A stretch of 64,000 nt of DNA from an uncultured Alphaproteobacteria bacterium (GCA_902596065.1 CACJSL010000001.1:48782-112781), one strand, 5' to 3'. Shown: positions 28,315-39,371, counted from the first letter of the stretch. Notes: generated from the sequence alone by a model not told the origin. Numbers and translations: made by a program.

Positions 28315-29922
28315 GTGTTGTCTAATTGGAATACTTGGTCATCAATTGTTGCCCTTATTGCATTAATGATAATAGCACCAGTTGTGGCAATTTTTTATTC
28401 AGCCTTCTTAGGTGATACTTCTCTTTGGCCGCATTTATTTTCAACTGTACTTCCACGTTATACTTATAACACGATTGTTTTAATGTTTGGCGTTGGTTGT
28501 TTAAGTTTAGTTTTTGGTGTTACAACAGCTTGGATTGTTACACGTTATAATTTTCCTTTCAAATTAATTCTTGAATGGGCTTTATTATTACCTGCTGCTG
28601 TACCAGCTTATATTATTGCTTACACATATACCGATATATTTGAGTATGCTGGACCAGTTCAGGGAATGTTACGAGATTTATTTGGATGGAAAACTTCTCA
28701 AGATTATTGGTTTCCAGAAGTTCGTTCGATGGGAGGAGCTATTTTAGTGATGTCATCAGTTCTCTATCCATATATTTACTTATTAACTAGAGCCTCTTTT
28801 TTAACTGTTCCTGTTTCTTTTTATCAAACTAGTTCAATTTATGGTCGGAATACATTTTATTATGTTGCGCTTCCTCTAGCTAGACCAGGGATTATTGCTG
28901 GATTAGCCTTAGTTTTAATGGAAACTATATCAGATTTTGGAACAGTTGATTATTTTGCCTTAGAAACATTAACCCTAGGAGTCTTTAATGTTTGGATGGG
29001 AATGAATAGCTTATCTGGAGCCTCACAAATTTCTTCAGTTTTATTTATTTTTATTGTTGTGCTTTTAACAGTTGAATACCTTGCTAGAAGAAGACAACGA
29101 TTTCATGAAAAAAGCAGCGGACAAGATACTGTTCAATCTGAAGAGATTTCTAATTTTAAAAAGATTGTATGTTTAATTGTATGTTTAATACCCATCCTTT
29201 TAGGTTTTATCATACCGACATTTGTTTTATTAAATTTTGTTTTAAGTGGTTTTTCTATAATTAATTTTACTGAAATTTTAGAAATAGCTTTTTCAAGTAT
29301 AGCTATTGCTGCCGTTAGTGCCTTGGTAGTAATGATAATATCTTTGTTGATGATAGTTGTTGCTAATTACAAATCAAATTCTATTCAAAGAATTTTAATT
29401 TTTCTTGCTTCTTGTGGTTATGCTTTTCCTGGTACTATCTTAGCTGTAGGAATAGTAGTTTTTGTAGGTTGGTTAAATGATTTAATTTATTTTCATTTAA
29501 GTTATTTCGTTGGAGGTTTTATTATTTTAATATTTGCCTATACCACACGCTTTTTAGCAGTTGGTAATGGAGCAATAAATTCAGGTATATTAAGAATTCA
29601 TCCTAATTTATTTGATGCTTCTAGAATAATGGGAATAAGTTTTTTTCAAAGTATAAGAAAAGTTATACTGCCATTAGTTTATGCTAATTTACTAGCTGGA
29701 GGTATATTAGTATTTGTAGATATATTGAAAGAATTACCAATAACACTATTATTAAGACCATTTAATTTTGAAACTTTAGCAACTTATGTATATCAATATG
29801 CATCAGATGAATTGCTAGAAGAATCTTCCTTTGCAGCATTAATTATTATTATTGTAGGGTTAGGACCTGTTATTTTTTTAAGTAATACTATTAAAAATAT
29901 AACTAACAAAAAACAAAGTTAA
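28315..29922 (+). CDS. fbpB: Fe(3+) ABC transporter permease (fused two-domain)
   Basis: 535 aa, 12 TM-type hydrophobic profile, duplicated permease domains; GTG start. Confidence 0.85.
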   Translation: MLSNWNTWSSIVALIALMIIAPVVAIFYSAFLGDTSLWPHLFSTVLPRYTYNTIVLMFGVGCLSLVFGVTTAWIVTRYNFPFKLILEWALLLPAAVPAYIIAYTYTDIFEYAGPVQGMLRDLFGWKTSQDYWFPEVRSMGGAILVMSSVLYPYIYLLTRASFLTVPVSFYQTSSIYGRNTFYYVALPLARPGIIAGLALVLMETISDFGTVDYFALETLTLGVFNVWMGMNSLSGASQISSVLFIFIVVLLTVEYLARRRQRFHEKSSGQDTVQSEEISNFKKIVCLIVCLIPILLGFIIPTFVLLNFVLSGFSIINFTEILEIAFSSIAIAAVSALVVMIISLLMIVVANYKSNSIQRILIFLASCGYAFPGTILAVGIVVFVGWLNDLIYFHLSYFVGGFIILIFAYTTRFLAVGNGAINSGILRIHPNLFDASRIMGISFFQSIRKVILPLVYANLLAGGILVFVDILKELPITLLLRPFNFETLATYVYQYASDELLEESSFAALIIIIVGLGPVIFLSNTIKNITNKKQS

Positions 29923-29936
29923 CAAGAAAAATTCAA

Positions 29937-30989
29937 TTAACTAATTGGGAAAACAAAAGCTTGAGATTTATCAATTTCAATACCTACAGCACTTGACTGG
30001 TTGGGGCTGAAGGTTGGAGGCATATGACTATGAACATGAATGATCTCTTTTTTTTCATTTAAGACAGATAAATGAACAAAGCTATATTCACCCATTAATC
30101 TAGAAGCCATTACCGTACCTTTTATTCCATTAACAGGTGTTGATTCCTCACTTAATTTAATAGCTTGAGGCCTAACATGAATTTCAACTTTTTTAGATTC
30201 TAGTTCTTTTGGAGCCTTTATTACCCCTATTGGAGTTTTTACTTCAGAATTAATAACTGTGCCACTAAATTTATTTGTCTCACCAAAAAAACCTGCAACA
30301 TATGAGTTAAAAGGATTATTGTATAATTCTTGAGGAGATCCAGATTGTATTATTTTACCTCCTTTTTCCATAATATATATTTTGTTTGAAATAAACATCG
30401 CTTCAAAAGGATCATGCGTTACGATTAAAACTGATATATTTGATTTTTGTAATAAGTGAAGCGTATCATCTCTAACTTCTTCTCTTAAATTTAAATCCAA
30501 GCTAGAAAAAGGCTCATCTAAAAGTAATAAATCTGGTTTTGCTATAATTGATCTAGCAAGTGCAACACGTTGTTGTTCTCCTCCACTTAATTCATGAGGA
30601 TATTTATGAAGTGATTTTGGAAGCTTAATTATTTCTATAATTTCATCAATATTATTTGATAAGTCTTTATGATTTTGAATAGCAAAGTTTAGATTTTCTT
30701 TTACAGTTAGGTGAGGAAAAAGAGCATAGTCTTGAAAAAGAAACCCAATTTTTCTTTTTTCTGTTTTTATGTGTTTATTGATTGAACTTACAAGATTATC
30801 ATGAAGATAAATTTCACCAGACTGTACCTTGTCTAAACCTGCAATAAGCTTTAACATCGTTGTTTTGCCACATCCTGAGGGTCCTAGTACACAGGCTATT
30901 TTGTCTTGTTCAAGTTCCAAGCTAACATTTTGTAAAATATCATTATTATTTATTTGGTAGCTTAGGTTGTTAATTTTTACTGCAAGCAT
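29937..30989 (-). CDS. fbpC: Fe(3+)-type ABC transporter ATP-binding protein
   Basis: Walker A GPSGCGKTT, LSGGEQQRVALAR, LLLDEP; C-terminal TOBE-like domain. Confidence 0.82.
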   Translation of the reverse strand: MLAVKINNLSYQINNNDILQNVSLELEQDKIACVLGPSGCGKTTMLKLIAGLDKVQSGEIYLHDNLVSSINKHIKTEKRKIGFLFQDYALFPHLTVKENLNFAIQNHKDLSNNIDEIIEIIKLPKSLHKYPHELSGGEQQRVALARSIIAKPDLLLLDEPFSSLDLNLREEVRDDTLHLLQKSNISVLIVTHDPFEAMFISNKIYIMEKGGKIIQSGSPQELYNNPFNSYVAGFFGETNKFSGTVINSEVKTPIGVIKAPKELESKKVEIHVRPQAIKLSEESTPVNGIKGTVMASRLMGEYSFVHLSVLNEKKEIIHVHSHMPPTFSPNQSSAVGIEIDKSQAFVFPIS

Positions 30990-30995
30990 TTAAAT

Positions 30996-31817
30996 TTATC
31001 CTATAACAGGATATTGTTTTGAAACAATTGGTATCCACTCTTTTAATTTTTTTATTCTATTATCAGGTGATGGGTGAGTACTAAAAAATTCTGAAGGTCC
31101 AGACCCTCCCATATCTTCTTTCATTCTTTCCCAAACTTTATATGACTCATTAATATCATAACCAGCTAAACTTGAAAAAATTAAACCTAAGTAGTCTGCT
31201 TCGGACTCTTGTCTTCTATTAAAGGGTAGATCTAATCCAAATTGTCTTACATATCCAGCAGCCTGTGGTAGTCTCTGTCCTAACACTAATTGTTCTAATG
31301 CCATAATTCCAAGATCAGTTACCATGGCAGTGCTTGCTCTTTCTGCAGAATGTCTTGCTACAGCATGAGCTATTTCATGTCCCATAACAGATGCTATTCC
31401 ATCTTGGTTTTTTAGAATTGGTAATATACCTGAATAAAATGCAATTTTACCACCAGGCATACACCATGCGTTTTTTGTTTGATCATCATCAACAAGAATA
31501 AATTCCCATTGAAAATTAGAAGTAGGATTTTTTTGTGAATTAGTTTCATAATAAACATTAATAGCATCACGAGTTTTAAAACCAATATCAACAATTTGAT
31601 TGTATTCGGAAGTACCAGTTATAAGTTTGGATTGTGATTTAAAATTATTATAGGCAGGAAAGGTTCTTGAATATAAAAAATCATCTGACATAATATTTAA
31701 TTGTTTTCGTTCTGAAAGTGCAACTTCAGTACATGAAGATAACAATAGTGACGCTCCGCACATGCAGCCCCCACCAATAATAAATTTTCTTCTGGATAAA
31801 TTATTTATTTGTGTCAT
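30996..31817 (-). CDS. M48 family zinc metallopeptidase, Tat-signal lipoprotein
   Basis: SRRKFIIGG twin-Arg motif, lipobox LLSSC, HEIAHAVARH zinc site. Confidence 0.85.
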   Translation of the reverse strand: MTQINNLSRRKFIIGGGCMCGASLLLSSCTEVALSERKQLNIMSDDFLYSRTFPAYNNFKSQSKLITGTSEYNQIVDIGFKTRDAINVYYETNSQKNPTSNFQWEFILVDDDQTKNAWCMPGGKIAFYSGILPILKNQDGIASVMGHEIAHAVARHSAERASTAMVTDLGIMALEQLVLGQRLPQAAGYVRQFGLDLPFNRRQESEADYLGLIFSSLAGYDINESYKVWERMKEDMGGSGPSEFFSTHPSPDNRIKKLKEWIPIVSKQYPVIG

Positions 31818-31844
31818 TTAATATATAAATATAAAAAAAATCAC

Positions 31845-32825
31845 ATGAACTCAACAGAACAAATATTTAAATCTGAAATACACGTTCATTTAGAGGCGAC
31901 AATTACCCCAGATTTGTGTCGTAAATTTGCTAAGCGAAATAATGTCAACTTATCAGAGGATCTTTTTGGTACAAAATATGCTTATGAATGGGATGATTTT
32001 TATGATTTTATTAAAAAATATGATTTGATCACCTCTGTTATTCATACACCAGAAGACTACAGAGAATTAACATATCAATACTTAAAAGATTGTGCTGCTA
32101 GTGACACAATCTATGTTGAAGCAATGGTCTCTTCTACCCATGCTAAGAAAAAGGGTATGACTTATCACTCCTTTTTAGATGGTGTCCATGAAGCTTCTTT
32201 ACAGGCTGAAAAAGATTTTGGAATAGTTTCTAGATTTATAATGAATGGCATAAGGCACTTAGGTCCTGAATCTGTTCAAGATACTGCCTATGAAGTTTTG
32301 AAAAATCCTCACCCTTGTCTTGTTGGGTTTGGTTTAGCAGGAGATGAATTGCATTTCCCACCCAATCTATTTGTTAAAACATTTGATATGCTTAAAGAAG
32401 CAAATTTTCCTATTACTGTTCATGCAGGAGAATGGGATGGTCCAGAAAATATTAGAAATGCTATAAAGCTATTACATCCCACAAGATTAGGACATGGAGT
32501 TCGGTCTATTGAAGATGCAAATTTAGTTCAAGAAATTATTGAACAAGAAATTATTTTAGAAACTTGTCCAACAAGCAATATTGCTACAAAAATTTATGAT
32601 AGTTATGAAAATCATCCTGTTAAAAAATTATATGACGCCGGTGTTAAAATAACAGTTAATTCGGATGACCCCCCTTTTTTTAATGCAACAATTCAAGGTG
32701 AATACGACGTAATGTCTAAGTTAGGATTATCGAATGATGAGTTAAGATCTTTAACGTTTAATGCAATACAATCATCTTTTTGCGAAGATCAAATAAAAGA
32801 AAAATTATTAATTAAATTAAGCTAG
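31845..32825 (+). CDS. add: Adenosine deaminase
   Basis: HVHLEAT, VHAGE, NSDDPPFF motifs. The track start at 31809 is TTG; ATG at 31845 gives MNSTEQIF. Confidence 0.88.
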   Translation: MNSTEQIFKSEIHVHLEATITPDLCRKFAKRNNVNLSEDLFGTKYAYEWDDFYDFIKKYDLITSVIHTPEDYRELTYQYLKDCAASDTIYVEAMVSSTHAKKKGMTYHSFLDGVHEASLQAEKDFGIVSRFIMNGIRHLGPESVQDTAYEVLKNPHPCLVGFGLAGDELHFPPNLFVKTFDMLKEANFPITVHAGEWDGPENIRNAIKLLHPTRLGHGVRSIEDANLVQEIIEQEIILETCPTSNIATKIYDSYENHPVKKLYDAGVKITVNSDDPPFFNATIQGEYDVMSKLGLSNDELRSLTFNAIQSSFCEDQIKEKLLIKLS

Positions 32826-33786
32826 ATAATTTTACCAAAGGTCTGGCACCATAATGTGATATTACTTCTGCTGAAGCAACAGATGCTAAATGACCACATT
32901 CTTTAAGTTCTTTTTTTCTCGACATACCAAATAAAAATCCTGAAGCAAAAAGATCGCCTGCTCCTGTTGTATCTACTACTTTATCAACTTTTATAGGTTC
33001 TATTTCTATAACATCATTATTATTGACAATTACTGATCCTTTATCACCAAGAGTAATTGCACAAATAATTTTTAATGATTTAGCATATTCTATCCCTTCT
33101 TCGATAGTTGAAGATTGAGACATAGAACAAATCTCATCACTATTGCCAAATAGAATATCAATGTCATTATGAATTAATTCTGAAAAAGAATCACGATGGC
33201 GATCAACACAAAATAAGTCTGACAAAGTAAATGCAACTTTCTGATCATCTGCCTTACATATATCTACCATTTTTTTCATTGCCTTTTTTGCGTTTTCATT
33301 ATCCCATAGATAGCCTTCTAAATAAGCCATTTTATGATTAACAATTTGATCCTCTTTTATATCTTCAGGACTAATTAAAGTTCCTGCCCCAAGAAATGTG
33401 CACATTGTTCTTGTGCCATCTTCTTCCACAAAAATAGTACAACAACCAGTAGAAATATCAGGAGAAGTAAAGCCTAGAGGAAATTGCAAACCCTCACGTA
33501 TCATATCTTTTTGTAAAAAATCTCCAATATTATCATCTTTAATTTTGCCAATAAAACTTCCATTACCTCCAAAAGAAGTAATGCCAAACATTGAATTTCC
33601 TAAGGATCCGCCCCCAATCATTTCTTTGATTTTATATTCTTGATGTAGATTATTTTTTAAATCTTCATCAATTAGATTCATGGAATCGCGATTAATATTA
33701 TGTTTTTCAATCTCATTTTGATTTGAAGGAATGATTGCATCAACCATTGCATTTCCTATACCTACGACGTCTAATCTTTCACTCAT
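32812..33786 (-). CDS. PfkB-family kinase, adenosine kinase-like
   Basis: GGS di-Gly lid region, DTTGAGDLFASGFLFG ATP/anion-hole motif; adjacent to add. Confidence 0.72.
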   Translation of the reverse strand: MSERLDVVGIGNAMVDAIIPSNQNEIEKHNINRDSMNLIDEDLKNNLHQEYKIKEMIGGGSLGNSMFGITSFGGNGSFIGKIKDDNIGDFLQKDMIREGLQFPLGFTSPDISTGCCTIFVEEDGTRTMCTFLGAGTLISPEDIKEDQIVNHKMAYLEGYLWDNENAKKAMKKMVDICKADDQKVAFTLSDLFCVDRHRDSFSELIHNDIDILFGNSDEICSMSQSSTIEEGIEYAKSLKIICAITLGDKGSVIVNNNDVIEIEPIKVDKVVDTTGAGDLFASGFLFGMSRKKELKECGHLASVASAEVISHYGARPLVKLSSLI

Positions 33787-33787
33787 C

Positions 33788-34672
33788 TTATTTTTTATTT
33801 GTATAAATTGGAATTAGCTGCACTATAATCACTCCTATAAAAATTGCAATACAACCGAGTATTTTATTTGTATCTAAAACCTGGTTTATTAAAATCCATC
33901 CTGCTATTGTTCCAAATACTGACTCCATTGATAAAATAATAGCAGCAGGAGCAGGACTAGCTTTGCTTTGAGCAATGATTTGAAGTGTGTATCCTATCCC
34001 AGCAGAAGCTACGCCTGTATAAATAAGCTCAAACCATTCTAATTTTATATTTGCTAGTGTAGGAGTTTCAAATGAGAAGGCTAAAATCGTAGAACACAAA
34101 AAAACAACTGCATACTGTATAAATCCAAACGTAAAAGGACTATAAAATTGTTTCATAAATACATCGATCAAAATTATATGAATTGCAAAACATACTGCTG
34201 CGATAAACAATAAACTATCAGACCTTTGTATTTCTAGTGCTTGATTAGAAGATAGCAAATAGGAACCATAGATACATAACAAAACAGCTATCCAAACAAT
34301 CCAATGCAATCTGGATTTAAAAATAAACCGTGAAATTAAACTTACTATTGGCACATAAAGAGTACTTAAAAATGAAGCATTAGCAATTTGAGATTTTAGC
34401 AATGCATATTGCTGCAGTCCCATTCCACCAAACAAAGCAAGGCCAGCAAATAAACTTAAATAAATAAAATTTTTATTTTTAAAAAAAATTTCAAAATTCT
34501 GTTTTTCAAAATACAAAGCCAAAGGCAAAACAGTTAAAGCTGCCAAAAAAAAACGTGCAAAACTAAATGTGAAGGGTCCAATAAAACCCATACCAGTTGT
34601 TTGACTAACAAAGGCCGTTCCCCATATTAAGGAAGCGATTAACATTAAAAAATTTGCCTTCATGTGGCTCAT
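33788..34672 (-). CDS. DMT superfamily (EamA) transporter
   Basis: 10-TM profile, duplicated EamA halves. Confidence 0.8.
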   Translation of the reverse strand: MSHMKANFLMLIASLIWGTAFVSQTTGMGFIGPFTFSFARFFLAALTVLPLALYFEKQNFEIFFKNKNFIYLSLFAGLALFGGMGLQQYALLKSQIANASFLSTLYVPIVSLISRFIFKSRLHWIVWIAVLLCIYGSYLLSSNQALEIQRSDSLLFIAAVCFAIHIILIDVFMKQFYSPFTFGFIQYAVVFLCSTILAFSFETPTLANIKLEWFELIYTGVASAGIGYTLQIIAQSKASPAPAAIILSMESVFGTIAGWILINQVLDTNKILGCIAIFIGVIIVQLIPIYTNKK

Positions 34673-34690
34673 ATAAATAATCCTTATTTG

Positions 34691-36496
34691 TTATCTTTGA
34701 AGTTTTGAGGCTTTTTCTGAATTAGCCCACCATGACTCTATAACTAAGCCATACAAGGGAATCTCATCCGGAAATTCCAAAAAATTCCAATAGGCTATAC
34801 GGTCTGTATTACTATGATACAAGGGAATAACATAGTGCCCCCATAATAAAACTCTGTCTAATGCATGGATAGCCGTTGTTAATTCTTCTCTAGTTTTTGC
34901 TCCTATCAAAGTTTCAATTAAACTATCCACTACTGGACTATTAACCCCAGCATAATTTTTACTTCCATCTTTTTTACCAACTTCAGATCCCCAATAAAAT
35001 TGTTGCTCATTTCCTGGACTCAAGCTTACATTCCAAGAAGCTTTAATCATATCAAAATCATAATTTAGCATTCTTGCTTGATATTGAGAAGAATCTACAG
35101 TTCGCACGGACATAGTAATACCTAAAACCTCCAAAGTTTTTTGAAAAGCCAATGCTATTTTTTCTACAGAAGGACTTACGATTAAAAATTCAAAGGCAAA
35201 TTCTTTTCCATCTTTCATTAATTTTCCATCTTCAACAAACCAACCTTCACCTTCAAGAATTTTTTTTGCTATACGCAAATTATCACGAGGCATACCTGAT
35301 CCATCAGAAACAGGCGGTTGATAGGTTTGATTAAATATTTCTTTAGGTAATTGATTCTTCCAAGGATTAAGAAGTTTTAATTCATTTTCAGATGGTAGTC
35401 CTGAGGATGCCAGCGGAGAATTATCAAAATAACTATCTGTACGAGTATAAGCATTATTATATAAAGCTTTATTGATCCATTCATGATCATAGGCATAGCT
35501 TAATGCAAGCCTTACCTGAGGGTTGTTGAAAATTTCTTTTCTTGAGTTCATAACAAGAGCATTCATTCCAGTTGGTCGATCATTTTTCATTTCCTGTAAA
35601 ATGACATCCCCTCTATCTACTGCATCAAAAGCATAATTACTTTGCCATCGTTTAGCATTGTACTCTCTTCTATAATCATATTCCCCAACCTTAAATGCTT
35701 CTAGTAGTACATTCGAGTCTTTGTAGTAATCATAAATTAACGTATCAAAATTATATTGTCCCTTATTTGCTAATAAATCTTTTGCCCAATAATCTTTGAC
35801 TCTTTGATATTTAATTTGTCTGCCAGGCTCTAAACTTTCTATAGTATACGGACCACTGCCGAGAGGAATATCAAGAAAAGTTTTAGTTACATCAATATTT
35901 TCATAATATTTTTTTGGAACAATTGGCAGGAAGCCAGCTATGATTAATGGCAATTCTTTATCTTCATTGTTAACAAAGATCATTTTAATTCCATTTTGAT
36001 CTACGAGTTCTGTGTTAATAACTTTGCCGTATGTTTTCTTTTGATTAGGCGTTCCCTTATTTTGAAAAGTTTCAAGGCTAAACAAAACATCTTCTCTAGT
36101 AATAGGAGAGCCATCATGAAATTTAGCTTTAGGATTTATATAAAATGTTATGGAAGAGCGGTCTTCTGGCATTTCTGCATATTCTGCTATTAAACCATAT
36201 AATGAAAAAGCCTCATCCCATACTCTTCGCATTAAGGTGTCATTTATATAGCCCAACCCTGCTGCTCTCGATCCTTTGAAAGCTATACGATTTAAATTAT
36301 CAAAAGAACCATAAACACCTAAGCGTAAAACACCTCCTTTGGGTGCATCTGGATTGACATAAGGAAGATGCTTTTCATCCGAACTATGCATTGGTAACCC
36401 ATGCATAGCGATCCCATGCATTTTATTTGCTAGACCAGACTGAGAAAATAAAAAAACAAATAAAAGTATAATAAATTTATGACATATAAATTTCAT
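34691..36496 (-). CDS. ABC transporter substrate-binding protein, family 5 (YejA/peptide-opine type)
   Basis: 601 aa, signal peptide, family 5 SBP similarity throughout. Confidence 0.8.
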   Translation of the reverse strand: MKFICHKFIILLFVFLFSQSGLANKMHGIAMHGLPMHSSDEKHLPYVNPDAPKGGVLRLGVYGSFDNLNRIAFKGSRAAGLGYINDTLMRRVWDEAFSLYGLIAEYAEMPEDRSSITFYINPKAKFHDGSPITREDVLFSLETFQNKGTPNQKKTYGKVINTELVDQNGIKMIFVNNEDKELPLIIAGFLPIVPKKYYENIDVTKTFLDIPLGSGPYTIESLEPGRQIKYQRVKDYWAKDLLANKGQYNFDTLIYDYYKDSNVLLEAFKVGEYDYRREYNAKRWQSNYAFDAVDRGDVILQEMKNDRPTGMNALVMNSRKEIFNNPQVRLALSYAYDHEWINKALYNNAYTRTDSYFDNSPLASSGLPSENELKLLNPWKNQLPKEIFNQTYQPPVSDGSGMPRDNLRIAKKILEGEGWFVEDGKLMKDGKEFAFEFLIVSPSVEKIALAFQKTLEVLGITMSVRTVDSSQYQARMLNYDFDMIKASWNVSLSPGNEQQFYWGSEVGKKDGSKNYAGVNSPVVDSLIETLIGAKTREELTTAIHALDRVLLWGHYVIPLYHSNTDRIAYWNFLEFPDEIPLYGLVIESWWANSEKASKLQR

Positions 36497-36586
36497 ATTT
36501 GTTATCTTATCAATAGTTACTATATAAATGAAGTAACTTTATGATAATTTATCAAAGTTAATATTTTAGTATATAGTTTTATTTTA

Positions 36587-37507
36587 ATGAAAAAAATTTT
36601 ACCTTCAGAAATTACCCCATATTCAACATATTTGAATAGAAGAAAATTTGTCAAAACTGCAAGCGCCTTTTCTATAGCTGCATCGCTATCTCTTTCGGCA
36701 AAAGCTTTACATAATAACGATTCATCTAAATACATTTCAAAATTAGATGAAAATGATGAGTTGAATACATATGAAGAAATAACAACCTATAATAATTTTT
36801 ATGAATTTGGGATGGGTAAATCTGATCCGTCAAATAACTCAAGCTTGTTTAATCCTAAACCGTGGACTATTAAAATTGAAGGCTTAGTAGAAAAACCATT
36901 AGAGATAAATTTAGAAGATCTGTTAAAAAAAATTGAGATTGAAGATCGTATATATAGACTTAGATGTGTCGAAGCGTGGTCAATGGTCATTCCTTGGCAA
37001 GGTTTTCCTTTATCAGAGTTAATTAAAATTGCTTCTCCTCTCAGTAACGCAAAGTATATTCAATTTGTCACCATCTTTCGACCTGAAGAAATGCCAGGAC
37101 AAAAAAGACGCCTATTGCCATGGCCTTATGTTGAAGGTCTAAGAATGGATGAGGCAATGAACCCACTAACAATTTTATCAACTGGTTTATACGGCCATGA
37201 TTTATTAAATCAAAATGGCGCTCCCCTTAGACTTGTAGTGCCGTGGAAATATGGTTTTAAATCAATTAAATCCATTGAAACTATTCGTTTTGTTGAAAAT
37301 CAACCAAGCGCAACTTGGTCAATGGTAGCTCCAAATGAGTATGGCTTTTATTCAAATGTAAATAATACTGTAGACCATCCAAGATGGAGTCAAGCAACTG
37401 AAAGAAGAATTGGTGAATTTATGCGCCGTCCTACTCTCATGTTTAACGGATATGAAGAAGAAGTTGCTCATTTGTATAAAGATATGGATCTTCAAACATA
37501 TTATTAA
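36587..37507 (+). CDS. msrP: Protein-methionine-sulfoxide reductase catalytic (molybdopterin) subunit
   Basis: Tat signal [13 protein letters not shown]; [39 protein letters not shown] motifs of YedY. Confidence 0.9.
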   Translation: MKKILPSEITPYSTYLNRRKFVKTASAFSIAASLSLSAKALHNNDSSKYISKLDENDELNTYEEITTYNNFYEFGMGKSDPSNNSSLFNPKPWTIKIEGLVEKPLEINLEDLLKKIEIEDRIYRLRCVEAWSMVIPWQGFPLSELIKIASPLSNAKYIQFVTIFRPEEMPGQKRRLLPWPYVEGLRMDEAMNPLTILSTGLYGHDLLNQNGAPLRLVVPWKYGFKSIKSIETIRFVENQPSATWSMVAPNEYGFYSNVNNTVDHPRWSQATERRIGEFMRRPTLMFNGYEEEVAHLYKDMDLQTYY

Positions 37508-37510
37508 AAT

Positions 37511-38107
37511 ATGCTTTCGACCAACAGGGTTAAAAAAACAAAACCCCCGATTATAATATTGTTATTTCTTCCAAGTTTTTATTGGATTTATTTATTATTG
37601 ATAGGAAATTTAGGAGTAAATCCTATTGAAAAATTAATGGATAATTTAGGTGAGATGGCTTTAAGATTAATTATTCTAACACTTATTATTTCTTCTCTTT
37701 CCGATTTAAAATTTTTTCGATCCTTAGTTACGCTGCGTCGTACAATTGGTTTATTTGCTTTTTATTATGTATGTTTACATTTTTCGACTTATATTTTTTT
37801 AGATCATTTTTTTAATTTTCAGTTCATCATCAAGGATATTATTAAAAGACCATTTATTACTTTTGGATTTATTAGTTTTTTGTGTTTAATACCTATGGCC
37901 ATCACTTCATTTGATGGCATGATAAAAAAATTAGGTTTTAATTTATGGAAAAAAATTCATTACTTAATTTACCCAGCTGCTATTCTTTCAAGTTTTCATT
38001 TTTTTATGTTGGTTAGGGCTAATAAAACAGAGCCTATAATTTATATAGGTATAATTTTTTTATTATTAAGTTATCGTTTCTATAAAAAAATATTTATTCG
38101 TCGATAG
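37511..38107 (+). CDS. msrQ: Protein-methionine-sulfoxide reductase heme-binding subunit
   Basis: YedZ-type 6-TM ferric-reductase-like protein directly after msrP. Confidence 0.85.
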   Translation: MLSTNRVKKTKPPIIILLFLPSFYWIYLLLIGNLGVNPIEKLMDNLGEMALRLIILTLIISSLSDLKFFRSLVTLRRTIGLFAFYYVCLHFSTYIFLDHFFNFQFIIKDIIKRPFITFGFISFLCLIPMAITSFDGMIKKLGFNLWKKIHYLIYPAAILSSFHFFMLVRANKTEPIIYIGIIFLLLSYRFYKKIFIRR

Positions 38108-39329
38108 GATCAGTAACAGGATTTAATTCCATACCAGCAGCAGTGATATTGCGAGGCAATGGTGTATATTGTGATTCCAAATCTAGTGGCTTTGCTCTTT
38201 TTGCCATTCTGTATAATCCAAAAAGACCAAGCATTGCATGCCCTATTAATAAATAAATAAAAAACCCATTAGCTCCAATCAAACTCATAAAACTAGAAAC
38301 CAATATTGGTCCCATTACCGCTCCTATTCCAACAAGAATAGCAAAAGAAGAACTTGCTGCAACTATTTCATCAGGTTTTAAAAAATCATTCACATGTGCT
38401 ACCGCCAGGGAATACATTGGTAAACAAACAGCTGAATAAAAAGCGACAAAAATAAAAAACATAATTAATGAAAGATAAGAGGAGCCTACAATAAGTAAGC
38501 ATAATCCAGAGGCTATAAAAGTAGTCCCTATTAATATGATTCTTCGGTCAATTCTGTCAGACAAATATCCAATAGGCCACTGGGAAAGTGCCCCAAAAGA
38601 ACTAATTATGACCATAAACATTGAAATTTCAAATAGCCCCAGTTCTTTAGAAGCGGCATACACAGCTCCATATCCAAAAACGGCACTATGAATTAGTCCT
38701 GTAAACAAAGCGCCAATAAATCCAAGTGGTGATATGATATAAAACTCTTTTAAGGATAAAGATTTTGGGTTTGAAAAATTTGGTTGCTCTGTAGTTGATA
38801 ATAATATTGGTAAAAGCGCAAAAGATAATAATACTGAAACTAATATAAATAAATCTACTTTAGCAGGATCACTAATGTTTAAAAGAAATTGACCACATCC
38901 AAGAAATGCAAAAGTTATAATCATATAAACTGATAAAAGTTGGCCACGTGTTTCATTTGTTGATTTGTCATTTAACCAACTTTCCATAATAACAAAAATG
39001 CCCGACAAACTTATTCCAGTTAATATTCTAATACAAAACCAAGAATAAGGATCTAATAAAACTGAGTGAAGAAGAATTGCAATTGATGCCAAAGAAGCCA
39101 AAGCAGCAAATACACGTATATGACCTACTCGCCTTAATAGTATCGGAATTAATAATGATCCTGATAAATAACCAACATAGTATCCTGCCACTATGACACC
39201 TGTAGAAAAAAAACCAAAACCTTCTATTACAGATCTGACTCCTATTAATGTTCCTTGCAGTCCATGTGCTAGACAAATTATTGCAAAGCCAAAAAAAAGG
39301 GCCCACGTTTTAGATAGTATAGTAGTCAT
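38094..39329 (-). CDS. MFS transporter
   Basis: 411 aa, 12-TM profile, LRRVGH loop motif. Confidence 0.8.
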   Translation of the reverse strand: MTTILSKTWALFFGFAIICLAHGLQGTLIGVRSVIEGFGFFSTGVIVAGYYVGYLSGSLLIPILLRRVGHIRVFAALASLASIAILLHSVLLDPYSWFCIRILTGISLSGIFVIMESWLNDKSTNETRGQLLSVYMIITFAFLGCGQFLLNISDPAKVDLFILVSVLLSFALLPILLSTTEQPNFSNPKSLSLKEFYIISPLGFIGALFTGLIHSAVFGYGAVYAASKELGLFEISMFMVIISSFGALSQWPIGYLSDRIDRRIILIGTTFIASGLCLLIVGSSYLSLIMFFIFVAFYSAVCLPMYSLAVAHVNDFLKPDEIVAASSSFAILVGIGAVMGPILVSSFMSLIGANGFFIYLLIGHAMLGLFGLYRMAKRAKPLDLESQYTPLPRNITAAGMELNPVTDPIDE

Positions 39330-39371
39330 ATAAATGAATGTAATTATTTAATAGTTGGTGTTTTATTTAAT

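Noticed and set aside
36540-36575. Fur-box-like TGATAATTTATCA and a 7-bp inverted repeat (AGTTACT/AGTAACT) between the family 5 SBP and msrP
   Set aside because: These are short, imperfect, AT-rich matches, expected by chance in this base composition. Neither flanking gene is obviously iron-related.
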